A stretch of DNA of 64,000 nucleotides, from contig OZ287697.1 of assembly GCA_965649825.1 (NCBI GenBank), forward strand, positions 1,141,635 to 1,205,634. The letters run 5' to 3'. This document shows, one piece after another, positions 35,924-49,786 of the stretch. Every line of letters starts with the position of its first letter. The first letter of the stretch is position 1. The DNA comes from Penicillus capitatus. Taxonomy: Eukaryota > Plantae > Chlorophyta. The position numbers were made by a program, and so were the translations under genes. The notes under the pieces are model-generated. The model saw only the letters and a list, made by a program, of their open reading frames with translations, was not told the DNA's origin and made no database searches.

Positions 35924-36853
35924 ATGGCTGGAAGTGTAGTGTGCGGATTGCGAGAGAGTGACCGGGAAGGCAGAGAAGGTGGCGAGGTGACCGAAGGTCG
36001 GCAGTTGAGTGCAGAGGTCGTCGTATACAGTTCAACGGTGGTTCTGACGTTCGGGACGTTCTGCACGTGGTTTCTGTTTCGCGATGCTATCGAAGATGTC
36101 GTCTATGGCGGACGCCTTTTCTCACTCTTCGGTAAGATCTCACTCTTTTAGGGTTCTGATATGACGTCTTCGGTCACAGAGACGTCGATTTCGTTGGGAG
36201 ATGTGACGGCCGTGATCCTGTGGACCGTCGCCTACTACTTCGCCAGTCCTTTGCAGCTTTTGCTCGTTTTCTTGGGTCGATTCGAAGTGGATCGCCCGTC
36301 GGACTGGATTCTCTATCGACTAGGCACCCTCCTCAACCGACCGTAACCCCTGGCCGATCGCCACACGACTCACTGGATGACGCTCTTTTCCAGGGTTGAC
36401 GACGGGTCCTATGTTCCGGGGCCAGATCTCTATGCTTCGATGATCGGTGTGATCGTTGGGTTGGGATTGGCAACGGCTGCTGGATTGAAAGTGGCCTTCG
36501 GCGGTGCGACGTGGGGCGTCAGTACTGGACTCGGTGCGTGTATGGCGGCAGGGGTGTTCGAGGTGAGCCGTCCGCAGAGAATCTCGGCCGGGGAGAAAGA
36601 GATCCTCGACGCTCAGTTTGAAGATTTTGTTCGATTCGCGGGGACGAGACTCCAGCGATCGGGATCCTGCCACGAATCCGAAATCTTCCGGGCGTTCCGA
36701 ACAGAAGTGCCTGGGTACAGAGACAAAGAGGCGCTGACAGATTTCACCCTGCGTCAGTTCGTTCAACAATGGGCTCCCGGAATCAAGCGAACGAGCAACG
36801 GCTTCTTCAAAACGCTTTCGTTACTACCTCGAGTGGATCCTTTTGGAGAGTGA
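35924..36853 (+). CDS. Multi-exon membrane protein of unknown function
   Basis: Three collinear ORF segments joined by plausible introns. Hydrophobic segments VILWTVAYYFASPLQLLLVFLG and IGVIVGLGLATAAGLKVAF; protein-like C-terminus RLQRSGSCHESEIFRAFR. Confidence 0.6.
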
Positions 36854-37244
36854 TGTCACACTTTTTCTATATGTAAACTTTGAACGGTTGTTGAGAATAC
36901 GCGTCGAAAAGAGTGAGATCAACAGTTGCCTGCTCGACGGGATACATGTCGCTATCAGACCATGAGGTTTAGGCGCGCCTTCGCACAGCAGCAGATAGAT
37001 AGCTCAACGATACGCGCGCGCTGCAGTACGTTTGAAAAGGTCTTTTCATAGGTCTTATGATGGAAACGCGGTATGCCTTGCTGATTGCGTATTATGGATT
37101 ACGTTGCGACTACGCGGCTATGAATTCGTCATCAACGAATTCCCTGGCGCCACTTGCTATCTATCATCGTCAACAGCTGTTTCCGCGTTAAAAAGCATCT
37201 GTTCCTGAGACCTCCTGTCTAGGCGTTTAACTGTTTATACCTTC

Positions 37245-40200
37245 ATGCGACACATGAAAACACTTTTGCTTGCCTATTTCGTAACGTGCCGCGTCTTCTG
37301 TCCAGTCGGAGCTCGTGAAGCAGCCGCAAAGCACTCCGTGCCTTCTCACAGCACAACTTTGCGCTCTGAGTTTTTGACGCACGAGACTGCGAAGAAAGAA
37401 CGTCCATCTATTGCTCGGCGAGGTCAGAGTGAGAACCATTCTCTGCGACAAGACGATGATGATCTCAACGACGAAGCTCCTGCAAGTGAGACAGACCCAT
37501 GTACTCCTCGAGAACTCTTCTTTGACTCAAGTGTTTCCTGTTTTGACAGGCCTTCCTTGTTCGCTGAGTGAGCAAACCATCGGAGACCATCTGAGTGTAG
37601 AGACGCGAACGTGGAATATAGACCGTTCGCTTCTCGGTCACGTTGAAGATGACATCCAAGTCATTGTCAACTGTACGAAGCCAGGCGACGTCCTCTCCTT
37701 TCGTGTGAAGCGCAGAATCCGGCCGCCTTCACGCATCGTCATACCATGGGCACTAACGCTGTCTTCTACAGTAGACAGTTCCGAGATCGATGAAGGCGTG
37801 TTCCAGCGTTCCGAAGTAAAGACGACCTTTACCTGTCCGAACAGAAGAGAGGGTGTCTTCTTGGTGAAGTGAGATTCGAATTCTCGCATCTGCTGTTGTC
37901 TGATGTTGATCTCGCTTTCAGGTCGGAGAATGTGACATTAGCCAATCTTATTTTCGAAGGCTGTGCCTTCGACATGACGAACGGCGGTGAGAAGGACGCT
38001 ATCGTCAGCGTCGACGTCGATGTCTGTGCCTCATCACATTCAGACAGCGTGGTACGTCTCCACCATGTCGATTTTCGAGATAATATCCTCGCCGAGAACA
38101 ACGCCATCCGAGTGCCCTCGACACCATCATGCGCGAATCTGGAACTGATCGACTTTGGTTTCGAAGACAACACCTGCACCGGTCCATGCATCGTCTTCCC
38201 GGTGACTCAAAGCAGTCAGCTGCGCGATATCAGAGTCCAGAACATCTCGTCATCGGGAGAGACTGCCGACGCCACGACCGTCTTTTGGGGACCTCCTGGT
38301 TCGAAGATTGAAACCACATGGCTGACAGCAGCCAACAACACGATCCAGATCTTCCGCATCGAAGACGGGACGCTGGTACTGAAGGACTCGAAGTTAACAA
38401 ACAACAGCGCGAGAGTTGGAAGTCCAGTTTACCTGACAAAGTCCAAGGCACAGTTCAGAAACGTCAGCTTCACTGGAAACGACTTGTCTCACAGCGCTGG
38501 ATCGATCATGTCGGACAACTCGACGATCCGCATAGATAACTGCACTTTTTCAAATGGCACTGTTGCTGAATTCGGCGGATTCATCGATGCCGAAGAGAAT
38601 TCTCTGGTGACCATCCGTGAGTCGATCTTCAATCGTGGTCGAGCGAAGGAGGGTGGATGTCTCCGGGCGCATCTCTCGGAACTCACACTTCTTGATGTGA
38701 CGTTGCGAGAGTGTCATTCCGTGATCGATGGAGCAGCGATGTTTCTTTCCAATGTGACTGCCGATATCACGAATACCGTCATGGAATCGAACAGAGCTCT
38801 GGATGACGGCGGATGCCTGCACTTGCACTTTTCTGATGTCCGAGGAAAGGGATGGAGAGCGACCAACAACTCGGCTGGCGACCATGGAGGGGTCATACGA
38901 TCAGACCTAAGCACCACGATCCATCTCACCAACTCCGTTTTCCTCCACAATTGGGCAGACAGAGGGGGAGTCATGTCTCAGGAGTTGAATTCCGTCGTCA
39001 GTTTCACAAGTGTTTCGTTCGTCAACAACTCTGCTGTGACAGAGGGTGGTGCGTTCTATGTCGCTGAGTCGACGACGATTCTCAACGACTGTGCTTCCGA
39101 TGACAGCAGAGCTGAGGATGGCGGATTCCTGTTTGCAAGGACGAATGCCACAGTGAACATCACCGCGTCGATCATGAGACATGGCACCGCGAGACGTGGC
39201 GGCTGTCTGCTCGCTCTCGACGGATCTGTGAGTGTTCAGAACTCGGCGCTGGAGGATTGCGTGTCCAACGAGGACGGCGGGGCCATGCACCTACGCAACA
39301 TCGCAGCACACATCTCGAATTCCCGCTTCCTATCGAATCGCGCAGAGGATAGTGGAGGAGCCGTCTTCGCCGATGAGAAGACCCATCTCGACGGAGGTGA
39401 ATGGAGGATTGAAGACAACAGTGCCGGAGGCGATGGAGGAGGCGTTTGGCTGAAGCACTCTACGATCCAAGTGAAGGACTCTCTCTTCCGAAACAACTTT
39501 GCTGTCCACGGCGGCGCTGTGCATCAGAGCTCTTCCTCGAATGGAACGTTCTTCAATGCGACGATGGTAAAGAACACATGCTCAGGGCGCGGCGGCGCCT
39601 TCTTCACCGTCGATTCGTCGAAGCTGAGTATCTCGGCCTCCACGTTTCGTGGTGGAAGCGCAGAAGAATACGGTGGGTTTCTTGCAGCCATCTCGAAGAG
39701 CTCTGTCGATTTAGAGCACACGATCATGGCAAAAGGACACGCGACGAATGGAGGAGCCGTTTTCCTGTCCGACAGTCTCTTTGAAGGGGATCATCTTAAC
39801 ATCACCGAATGTGTTGCCGATTCAACTGGCGGGGCACTCTTCTTCGAATCTATGAACATCACAATGCTCACAGTTGGACTTGATCACTCCATCGTGCAGA
39901 ACAACAGAGCGCGTCTAGGAGGTAAGGGAAGGGGCCCGACGCCCGTTTCTCATGCATTCAATGTGTGTCTAAGGAGGCCTGTACATGACAAACAGCAATG
40001 GACACCTGTGTGCCGATGGCCACTCCGATTGCTTTTTCGTTACTTTAATGAACACGAGTTTCGTGAACAACAGCGCCGAATATGCGGGAGGCGCCATCTT
40101 TACGAGCAGCTCTAGGAACGTTGGCATCAGTTGTGACAGCGAGGCAGACGATGGCGCAGAGAATTCATCATTGTTACTGGCAGAAGCGTTGAATCTGACG

Positions 40201-42615
40201 ATACCCATCTGTCCATCGTGGAGAGACAACACGGCCAGCTACTACGGTCCTGTCATTGCCTCGTTTGCATCGCAGGCCAACGTCATCATCCACGGAAGCA
40301 GCATCACCAGTTCAGAGGACAGTCCTCTATACATGTACAGAAGCGGCTCGCCGCTTTCCATCGGCCTCGAAGTCCGAGATGACTTTGATCAAGGCCCTGC
40401 TGTGGGGAGGAATAACCGTGTGGTTTCGAGCTCCGTCTCCTCTCCAGATATCCTCTTCTCGGGGAATCACACAATCCTTTTGGAGTCCTTCACTGCCGAA
40501 CTCAACGTAACTGGATTCGCGAAGCCTGGGAACTATACCGTTCTCATCGATTTTAATGAAGAGAACCTCGACAGCGTGGTGATCAAGTTTGAGGTGCAGA
40601 AGTGTGCCATCGGCGAAGTGTCTCTAGGAGGTGGCACTCTTTGTGAGCCCTGCAGTACGACGACCTACAATTTTAACCCAGACGAGGATCACTCGTGCAA
40701 GGAGTGTCCCGAGAACGGGATCTGCACCACCAGAGTTATCCTACCCGACCGAGGCTACTGGCATCCGACCCCTTGCTCAACACACATCCAGAAATGCCTT
40801 TCGACGGACGCCTGTGACGCCGACAACCGCCGGCAGACATTGGAAGGGCTCACAAAGGATGTGGAATCCTGTGACTTCAACGAAACGTTCCTCAAGAACT
40901 ACACACAAGCGCAGTGCAGTGAAGTGAGCACTGTGTTTGGCTGTGAGCCGCAACCTTGACTGCTATATTGCTGACAGGGTTATGCAGGACCGCTCTGCGG
41001 ATCTTGCGAGAAATCGCACGGAAGCTGTCTATCCTCCAAGTGTCAGAAGTGTCCTGCAGCAATCAGCAATGTCATGGTGATCTGCTCTTCGGCAGTGATC
41101 CTGCTTGTATTGTGCGGCATTACGATGAGAGGGACACTAAGTACGACATGCACCCAACGGATGATGCTGTCCGGCGACAGAAAGATTCACCGCAACATCA
41201 AACTTGAAGACCTCTCTCTGCCAAGCACAACGAAACTGCCGGAGATACAACCGTCAGCATCGCACAAGATCGATGGACCGGATGAACACACCGAAATGCC
41301 TGGCGTCAGCGAAGCGACGATGGCCCAATGGAAGGCGATCGAGATGTTCAAGGTATGACAGTCCCACACCATCTATTCTTCGGAGATGACTGGAATGACA
41401 GATAACGCTGAACTACCTTCAAGTCACGGTACTGATTGCATCTCTCAACGTCGGATGGGCCGTTCCTGTCCTCATCGTGGCAGAGACGACAGGTACTTAG
41501 CTGTCTCAATCCGCCATCTCGGCCGATCGATCGTCGTTGCGTGCGATGCAGAATTCTTCGGAGGACTCGCTGTCGAGAGCATCCGGCGTTCTGTGATCTG
41601 TCTTGGCAACGAAGACCAGTCCCTGCATCCGACTGTGTGGGCCTCGGTCGTGGGCGCCTGTCTCATTCCCGTTTTCGCATTCCTGCTGCTCGTTGCATTC
41701 TGGATGACAGTGGCATTCCTCCATCAAGTCCAGCAGCCACTCCGTTACATCGCGCAGAGATCCTTGCTTGCACTCATGGCACTGTGGTACATCACTTCTG
41801 TCCCCGTGATCAAGACCACACTCAGCGTTGTCCTTTGCGTAAGCGCGTATAATATCCTGGACGCCACGGCAGAAGCCGAAGAGATCAGCTACTGGGCAGT
41901 GGACACGAGTCTGAGATGCTTTGACGGGCAACACTTGACGCTAGTGATCTGGATTCTCCTGTTTGTCAGCGTCGTCTACGGTGGACTGCTCATCGTCTTT
42001 ATCTCCATCCTTGCAGCGGCCAAGAAGCTGCTCGAGCAACCAGGCAGCTGGGTCTATCGAACGACTGGATTTCTGTACCGCGGCTACGGATCTGGATGGC
42101 GGCGCTACTGGGAAGTCGCCATCGTGCTAAGGAAGGCGATGATTGCGTTTCTGGTGTTCTGCGCCCATCTCTTTGACAGTCTGTTCCCCATCACTTGCGC
42201 TGCTGTTGTTATCATGCTTGCGATGGGGGCGCAGATTGTGGTGATGCCCTACAGACAGGAATTTCGTGTCCTGAACAGAATCGACGTGTCCGCCCTCTTC
42301 GTCTCGCATCTGACGATTATGATCGCCAGTATGCTGAAGAGTGAGCGTCTTACCGACGAGTGGCGTGGCTTAGCACTCTCAAGCATCTGTGCCGTGCTCA
42401 ATATCTCCACCTTCCTCGTCCTTCTCTCTTTTCTTTTCAACGATGGTGTGCATTGCATAAGGCTCTCCATGATCGAATGCGGAACGCACATCGATGCAGA
42501 TGCCGGATCGTGGCGAGTTCTGGAGATCTGGATGCGCACCAATATCCAACTGTTGGTCGATTCTACGCGATTCGACAAAACTTATGATCATTCGAGTCTT
42601 TCTTCTGGCGTGTGA
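37245..42615 (+). CDS. Pmp-repeat beta-helix / Ig-like / Cys-rich / multi-TM (TRP_C-like) protein, copy B
   Basis: Signal peptide, GGA repeats, CAIGE...CEPC...C.ECP.NG.C...GYWH, GPLCGSC, ITLNYLQV, YWAVDTSLRCFDG.H, GFLYRGY...YWEV...RK. Frame preserved at the splice junctions checked. Confidence 0.88.
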
Positions 42616-42752
42616 CGGTTCTGTGGCCGACAGATGCCTCTTTGGTTTTAGAATAAATGACGGGGTAAAGCGACGTGCTGTTTCTGACCACAATAATCCG
42701 ACTCTTTTCACGCCTTCTGCGCACCACCACCCGCGTCTTGTATAACAGAAGA

Positions 42753-42780
42753 TCGGTGTTCGGTGTTCGGTGTTCGGTGT
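42753..42780 (+). repeat. Heptanucleotide microsatellite (TCGGTGT)x4
   Basis: Read directly, just downstream of copy B. Confidence 0.9.
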
Positions 42781-43278
42781 TTGCTTAGAACAGACATTGT
42801 TTCATTAACCTGCTACAGTGAAGATGATCCCCTGAATTCAGCCGTACAGCAACCCTGTGCAAATAGCTGTCTGCATTATGAAGTGGCTTACATGATGTGA
42901 CGTTTGTATAAATAGCCAGATGCCTAAACACGAAGATCTTGCACTCAACCGGAGAGTTTAATTTGGAGCATATCCTGTTTCTGTAAGCCAGATTCTCATA
43001 TATTCTCTTTCGCCGTATCGGTACCTATAACTGAGACTTGTTAGAGAACAAGAGAGACGGATCTGAAACATGCCCCATTGTTGCTGGATGTTGTCGACTG
43101 GTGTCCAGTTTCGTGAATTCGCCATTTGACGCTATCTTAGCGTCTGTCGAGTACTGTCGACAAGTCGTCATCAACTGCATCGACGTAAGCGACGTGTCCA
43201 TTCTCTGACATCCACTGATGCATTCGACCATCTGCTTTAGTCGTCATCTCGCCGAACCCGGTCGCCAACGTCGAGATC

Positions 43279-43923
43279 TCAAACGAAAAGGCTTCCCTTA
43301 ACGACAACGCACCGAACGTCCGTCGAATCGGCAGCTAGGGAAAGAGATCGGGCATAAAGCCAAAGGCACCGTCCATCACCGATTGTCTCGCCTTCCGCAA
43401 TCCACCCGGCAGCACGCAGAAGCTTGCACCGGCCAAATGCTCCCTGTTTGCCGCAATCCTCTGTCTCTGCAGTGACCCGTTCCTTTGTCGGTTTTCCTTT
43501 CGGCTCAGACTGGCGGCTTGATTGCAGGTCTGAATACACAGCGTGAATGAAGACTTCTGCCATCCATTTCGAATGTCTGTACCTTTGCTCTCCGCTGCGG
43601 ATGTCTTGATGTTGACTGTCTTTGCAGAGGGTGCGCGTTGTGAACACGTCGTCCCTGTCGATTCCAGAATCGCAGAAGTCGACTTCGAAGGCGACCACTT
43701 CCAGACCTCGTGCCTCGTTCCACGGCCATGTGTCTCGAATTCTCTGCCATCGTTGGGTCGAGGCATCATGGTGCGTGCGCCTGTCAGAAACATCATCATC
43801 GCGGATCCATTCTCCCGCGTCAATTCTGGCCAACAGATATAGTGAGAGGCTCCATTGCTGCCCCTCTGTAGCGTAACCTGGCTGACAGATTACAAACACC
43901 AGCAACTCCTGTGAGTTGTTCAA
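43279..43923 (-). pseudogene. Degenerate coding relic, possibly of a protein kinase
   Basis: Long open frames with only faint kinase-like words (GRGTRHEVWK, IAAN, ASFCV) in shifting frames. Confidence 0.2.
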
Positions 43924-44592
43924 GGGAAACGAGTGAAGGTTTGTGAAGGACGAGCACTCCAGGCGAAACCATCTCGCATTCTGTCAGGGGCTGGAGTCTT
44001 GTGCGACGATGGGCACATCATCTCATTGTCTTTATGATTGATACCATGTGCTGGACATATGTGATCCTTGCGTGCTTTCGTGTGATTCGCAAGTCGTTGC
44101 CTTTAAAACGAGATTTCCAACGATGCAAACCTCTTTTCATCGTACTCGCGTTCTGTTACGATCTTGCGTCTCAGATGCGATTCTAGAATCTTCTTCATAT
44201 GCAGTGCAGTCTTCTGTAGTACCTCAGATGTCTGACTCGACAGACAGACATGCGTCTCGCCTTCGATCAGGCGAAACCAGAGAGGCAATGAAGTAAGCGT
44301 CAGGAACGTTCTCCTCCTCAGTTCCTCTGGAATCAGAATCTCGAGATGTCACTCGTACGAGTCAGGTAATCATTGCTGCCAGTCTACATCCACGAAACGC
44401 CGATTGCCGTTCATCGAGACGGACGACAGCTGAATCACACACCAAAGAGACACTTTTGCTTAAACACTTTCCATTCACAGTTGATGTCCTGTGACGATGC
44501 CAAAAATCATTCAAACAATGAAAGGTGAGACGGTTTCAATCGCCTTCCTATTCCCAATACACAGAAAGAGATCTAAAAATCGATAAAGCACT

Positions 44593-47500
44593 TCAAACTG
44601 CATAATGGCGATATCGACGAGATCTTCCTTTGTTGACCCATCGGATCATGGCAGCTATCGCACGAGCGAAGAGGTAATCGACAAGATAGGCATGGAAAAT
44701 GCGAAATGTGCCTTCTACTGGCGAGGAGTGAACTTCTTCTCTGACCAATACACTTCTCAGGTACATAGCCGCAAATGTCACTAAAAGGGCCAACAGGTAA
44801 AGAAAGAAGAAGACGTTTGTACAGAACAGGAAAACGCTCATCAACACACGAACCCCATATGATACACGATCGTCAGTAAAGAAGATGCTGCTGACAAAGG
44901 TGAGTGAGGAAAGCAGAAGGGAAAGGCTCTCCACGTCATTAAGACAATCAAATTCTTCGCGGTAAGGACGACATTTCATCTGGAAGAAAAGTGCCACGAT
45001 CAGAACGAAGGAGGCCAGAACAGCCTGGATGTTGGCACCCAGATCGTACGAGAAGACAACCACGACTGCGAGGACTGCTTTCCTGGACATGATCACAGAC
45101 TCCCAGAAAATGTACTTCTTACTGTAGGATCGGTAGACGAAACCAGCGACGGCATAGATCCAACCATCCTTGTAATCATCTGTCACTGTCTTGCCGGTGA
45201 GGTATGCGATCGCCAGCGGAAATCCAAGGGTGAAGATGAAGAGGAATGGCCATGCCAGCAAAAAAGCCAAGGCAGCATGGGATCCTTCATAGCACTCAAC
45301 GCTGGTGTCCACTGTCCAGTAAACTGTTGTGGCATCAATCCCAATCAGCGTCGAATCATAGACCTCAACGCAGTTGAGGATGTTGACGAGCGTCTTGGTG
45401 ATGGAGATGTAGCTGACGCAGCAGACGACGAGTGCACTGAGGATACAACACTTCAACAGATACATCAAAGGCTTGTTGCTTATGATCTTGATCACCAGCC
45501 AGAAAACAGCAAAGACACAGATGCATGCAATCGGCTGCAACACATCCACCAGTGTACCGGCGATTGAACGATGCAGAGAAGCTTCTGCTGGGATAAGGCA
45601 GTCGACAGATCGATTGACGGCTTCTGATGTGACGGCGCCGACGAACTCTGCAGAACACAGCACGTGTCATGAGAGTGTCTGACAGAGTTGTCTTTCAGTC
45701 ACCTGCAGTCTGGAAGAGTGCGATCAGTGCGAATGTCCACTGAGCATCGATAGCCACAGCTATGGCTGTGACCTGCAGAAAGTTCACTGTTATCTGAAGA
45801 ACAGTTAGGATGCATAGACAAAATAGGAAATAGAGAGGTTCAAGACCTTAAAGAGCTCGACGGCCTTCCATTTGCCGAGCTCTGCGTCCTCAGAAGATTG
45901 ACTAGTATCAGCTTCTTGATTGTGCTCAGGAGTCGATCCTTCTTCTCTGACCTCTACCATAACTGCCAGTTCGATTCTCCTCTCGGACGGGAATGTCTCG
46001 GTGCTGGTGGAGGCTGTAGATAACTGAGAACATTGTGTTTGCTGTTGCGATGAAACAGAGATGAGGTTGCTTTTGATGGTGATGCCGGACAACCCCATCA
46101 GAACAAGAAATGACAGCATGACTAAGACGACATCAGCACCGTCCGATCGACATTCTTCACAGAGATGAGAGCGAGATTTGCCATGGGATTCCTTACAGGA
46201 TCCGCAGAGTGGCCCTTCATGCCCCTGAGAACCAAACGACCCTGATGAGTTTTTCAGACAGACTTGAAGCTTGCCTCTCTGCACTGCGCTTCTGTGTAAT
46301 TCTGCAGGTACTGTTCATTAAAGTCACAGGATTCCACATCTTGTGTGAGTTCTGCTAACGCATCTTCGCGTTTCTCACTCTTACATGCTTCTGCTGTGAG
46401 ACATCTCTGGACATGCTCTGAGCAAGGAGTTTGATGCCAGTACCCTCTGTTTGGCAGGATGACATGACTTCTGCAGTCCCCGTTCTCTGGACACGGATGG
46501 CATTCTAGATCTTTCTCTGGAGAGAAATTGTAAGCGGCAACATTGCAAGTTTCACAAAATGTTCCATTTCCTGAAGACACTTCACCAATGTCACACGGCT
46601 TCACCTCCACAGTGATCTCGAAGCTCTCCATGTCCGCTCCTTCAAACTCAATCAGCACATTGTAATTGCCAGGCTGCACGAAGCCGAAGGCACTGAAATT
46701 CGCGCCTTCGAAGTCCAGAGATTTTCTAACACTTCCGACGAAGAATCCATCTGGCGAAGACATCACGGCTTCGACGTCATTTTTCTTCCCAATGACCGGA
46801 CCTTGTCCGAGCTCATCCATTGGTATTAAGACGATTAAAGGAATCGGTTCACCACTTCTGTGTTTGTGTACGGTGTATTTACTCCCATTCGCCAAACTCA
46901 GCATTCCCGTCTCTTCATCAGCGATTTCCTTCCGGACATCGGATACGGCAGAAGCCACTCCCGGTCCGTATCTCCCAGCTGTATTGTTTTTCCAGGATGG
47001 GCAGATGTCGTCGACGGATGTCAGGCGCTTCATGGACTTCCACTGTTCTTTCGAATAGAATTGCAGTTCCGGTTCTTTCGATTCGCCAGAACAGTTCAGT
47101 CGCAGACCAGCCACTGTGTCAATGAAGACAGCACCACCTGCCGACCTTGCTCTGTTGTCCATCATCGACGTGTCTGCCACGGCTGCGACAATGCATTCAT
47201 CCTGCTCTGTCCGACATTTCTGTAATGTGGAGGGCCTTTTAGCGGCGATTTGGATCCCACCTACGTAAAGAACAGTGTGCACCTCTCTTCGTTGGCCTTA
47301 TCATGCATACCTCCGTATTCGGCTGAGTTGTTAAGGACAATGCTGTTGTCCAATTGTATGGAAATGGATCTAATGCTTTTGAACTGAAAGAATATAGCTC
47401 CGCCGCGCGTTGCTTTGTTTTCGATCAGAGTGCAGCCACTGCAAAGAAGCCTCGATAAATGTTTTCCCATAACAGCACCTCCATCGGTTCCTGCCTCGCA

Positions 47501-49786
47501 ATGCGAGATCTGGGTGTTGATAATCTTGAAGACTGATTCGGAAGAGTAGATAGCACCGCCTTGTCCACTGGCGAACATGTCAAAGGCTTCAGTCCTCCGA
47601 ATAGAAACGTCTGAAGACAGTGCATAGATTCCTCCGCCATTTCTTGCAGATCCCTCGGTGAAGTTGCACTTCTGAACCGAGAGGTCGGAGTCTGCGACGT
47701 AGATGGCGCCACCAAATTCAGCCGCATTGCCGGAGTAATGCGATCCCGTGTCTGAAAATCTGCAATCGGGATCGCATTCGATCACGCCCCCTCCCTCGGC
47801 AGCCATGTTGTTCGAGAATAGGCAGTTCTGAATACGTATCCTGGAAGTTTCGCCGGAGATGAATCCACCACCACTACCCGCAAACAGGTCGGTTGCGAAG
47901 GTGTTCTCGACGAAGACACTAGAAGAGGATGCATAGATTCCTCCGCCGTCTATCGCAGATCCCTCGGTGAAGTTGCACTTTTGAACCGAGAGGTCGGAGC
48001 CTGCGACGTAGATGGCGCCACCAAATTCAGCCGAGTTGCCAGTGTACTTCGATCCCGTATCCGAGAGTCTGCAATGAGAATCGCATTCGATCACACCCCC
48101 TCCGTCAGAAGCCATGTTGTCTGAGAATAGGCAGTTCTGCATACGTATCTCGGAAATAATGCCGGAGAGGAATCCACCATAGTTACGTGCAGACAGGTTG
48201 GATGCGGAAGTATCCTCGACAGAGATGTTTGAAAACGGTGCATAGATTCCTCCGCCGTCTGTCGCAGAGCCCTCGGTGAAGCTGCACTTTTGAACCGAGA
48301 GCACAGAGTCTCGGACGAAGATGGCGCCACCTTTTGCTGACGCATTGTTCTTGTTGAACTGACAGTCGGTGATGTTGCATAATGAGTTCTTTTCCACACT
48401 TATGGCTCCTCCGTACTCTGCTTCGTTCTGTCGACAAAGGCAATCTTTGATGGAAGCTTTTGCATTCTTCAACTGCAGGGGTGCACTGTTCGCACCATTC
48501 TGGCCAATCGGAATAGAATTCCGGTAAAAGACAGCCTTTGTCATGTTCAAAGATCCTCCTTCGACATTGATGCTTGGGCAACTGTTTTGTGTGCTGTTAA
48601 TGCCATCCATTGACGTCTCGGATCCAGGAGGCGCATAGAACAATACCGTGTTCGTCTTCTCAGGGTCGTACGGTTTGTTGTTCCGGATAACGATGTCTCT
48701 CAATCGATTCTGCCTGGACAGAATCACGCCACAACGGCCGTCGCATCTATTGCGTTCAACGACGAAGTCGATCAGCTCCAGCTCAAAGCAAGATGGAGAC
48801 TGCATTGCGAGTCCCGTGCCTTTGATCAGGGTGTTCTTCCTGAAGCTGATGTGGTGGAACTGAATGGTGTCTCTGAATTGTCTGGATGAACAGTTTTCAA
48901 CTTCCACGATGGATCCAGAACTCCCAGATTCGAACGAGCAGTCCTCGAACATCAGATTGGCGAAAAGGACACCTGTCGACCTAAACGCGACATCGATATC
49001 AGACAAGAGCAGATGTGAGAATTCAAATCTCACTTCACCAAGAACACACCCTCTCTTCTGCTCGGACAGGTGAAGGTCGCCTTTGAGTCGGAACGCGGGA
49101 ACACGCCTTCCTCGACCTCGGGACTGTTCACTGGGGCTGTCAGCGTCAGTGGCCATGGTATGACGATGCGCGAAGACGGCCGGATTCTGCGCTTCGGACT
49201 GAAGGAGAGAACGTCGCCGGGCTTCGTACAGTCGACAATGACTTGAATGTCATCTTCGACGTCATCGAGAAGCGAACGGTTGATACGCCACGTTCTCGTC
49301 GTTTCGTTTAGATGTTCTCCGATGGTTCGTTCGCTGAGCGAACAAGGAAGATCTGCGAACACCAAGAGCGCTGGCGTCAAGCAAGCGTTCTCGAAGACAG
49401 CAAAGGGCCTTACTTGTGAGATTGTCATCTCGGCCATCATCTTGGCACAGAGAACGGCTCTCGCTGCGACTTTGCTCAGCCACAGATGGACGTTCTTTCT
49501 TAGCAGTTCTGTCCGCCCTGGACGTCGGGAGCGGAGCTGTGCCGTGTGAGTGCTTCGTCGTGGACGTGGCAGTCTCTGTCGTGCGAGGCAGTGCAAATGG
49601 CGTCATTTCTGGGAGTGTAAACGGATTTGGGGCAGAGGGTTTGGCGAAAAAGAAAGTGGTCGAGGCATCTTCGGCCGTCTCTGCGGCCAAAGCTCGGCGG
49701 ACATAAAACGTGCGACTAGCAAATTCACCAGCGCTTGCGCCGAACACTATGCAAGTCAACAATAAACCAAAGAAAGGGTGTCGCAT
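44593..49786 (-). CDS. Pmp-repeat beta-helix / Cys-rich / multi-TM protein, copy C
   Basis: MRHPFFGLLLTCIVFGASA signal; same domain order and intron positions as copy B; TM region GFVYRSY...FWES...RKAV. Confidence 0.88.
47550..48331 (-). repeat. Internal 309-bp (103-aa) tandem duplication, about 2.5 units, in the beta-helix of copy C
   Basis: GATGGCGCCACC anchors at 47702, 48011 and 48320; each unit reads GGAI(F/Y)V.DS.LSVQKC.FTEGSA..GGGIYA. Confidence 0.92.

Noticed and set aside
35788-35961. Transit-peptide-like ORF MTSMIAAC... as the start of the membrane-protein gene
   Set aside because: It ends in a stop, and its ATG is only 8 nt from the divergent RPC25 ATG; the true start is unresolved.
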